NCBI RefSeq assembly: GCF_001194135.2
Contig: NC_069006.1
Coordinates: 11,365,088 to 11,429,087 of the forward strand
Direction: 5' to 3'
Source of the DNA: Octopus bimaculoides
Taxonomy: Eukaryota
DNA: 64,000 nucleotides
Of the stretch, positions 63,970-64,000 are shown one piece after another. Under the pieces are notes generated by a model that did not search any database, had not been told where the DNA came from, and worked only from the letters and a program-made list of their open reading frames with translations. The first letter of the stretch is position 1. Every line of letters begins with the position of its first letter. The position numbers and the translations under genes are program-made.

Positions 63970-64000
<31 letters not shown>

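Overview
AT-rich, microsatellite- and repeat-dense animal genomic scaffold with many N gaps. The repeat families and intron style point to a coleoid cephalopod, probably Octopus (inference). Two spliced genes converge tail-to-tail. (1) CSTF1 (CstF-50, WD40) lies on +: 11 coding exons from 8348 to the stop at 37844, all GT-AG and phase-compatible, about 368 aa. Its N-terminal ~60 aa exon(s) were not found. (2) An SH3BGR-like thioredoxin-fold gene lies on -: coding exons 52893-52726 and 46852-46787, a donor 9 nt after the stop, and a probable 3'UTR exon from 41978. Its first exon was not identified. The rest is SINEs, Tc1/mariner relics, TA-, TTAA- and 8-bp-TSD MITEs, RTE-type LINE scraps and Penelope-like termini. 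Almost all long ORFs in the supplied track are N-gap or microsatellite artefacts. The most notable unexplained structures are several degenerate minimal hammerhead-ribozyme motifs (one pair in a ~590-bp foldback), several near-perfect intronic hairpins, a duplicated acceptor plus pseudo-exon of CSTF1, and a minisatellite built from a CSTF1 exon end and 5' splice site that creates AG|GTAAGT sites. I found no convincing wholly new multi-gene system; the findings are hypotheses to test.
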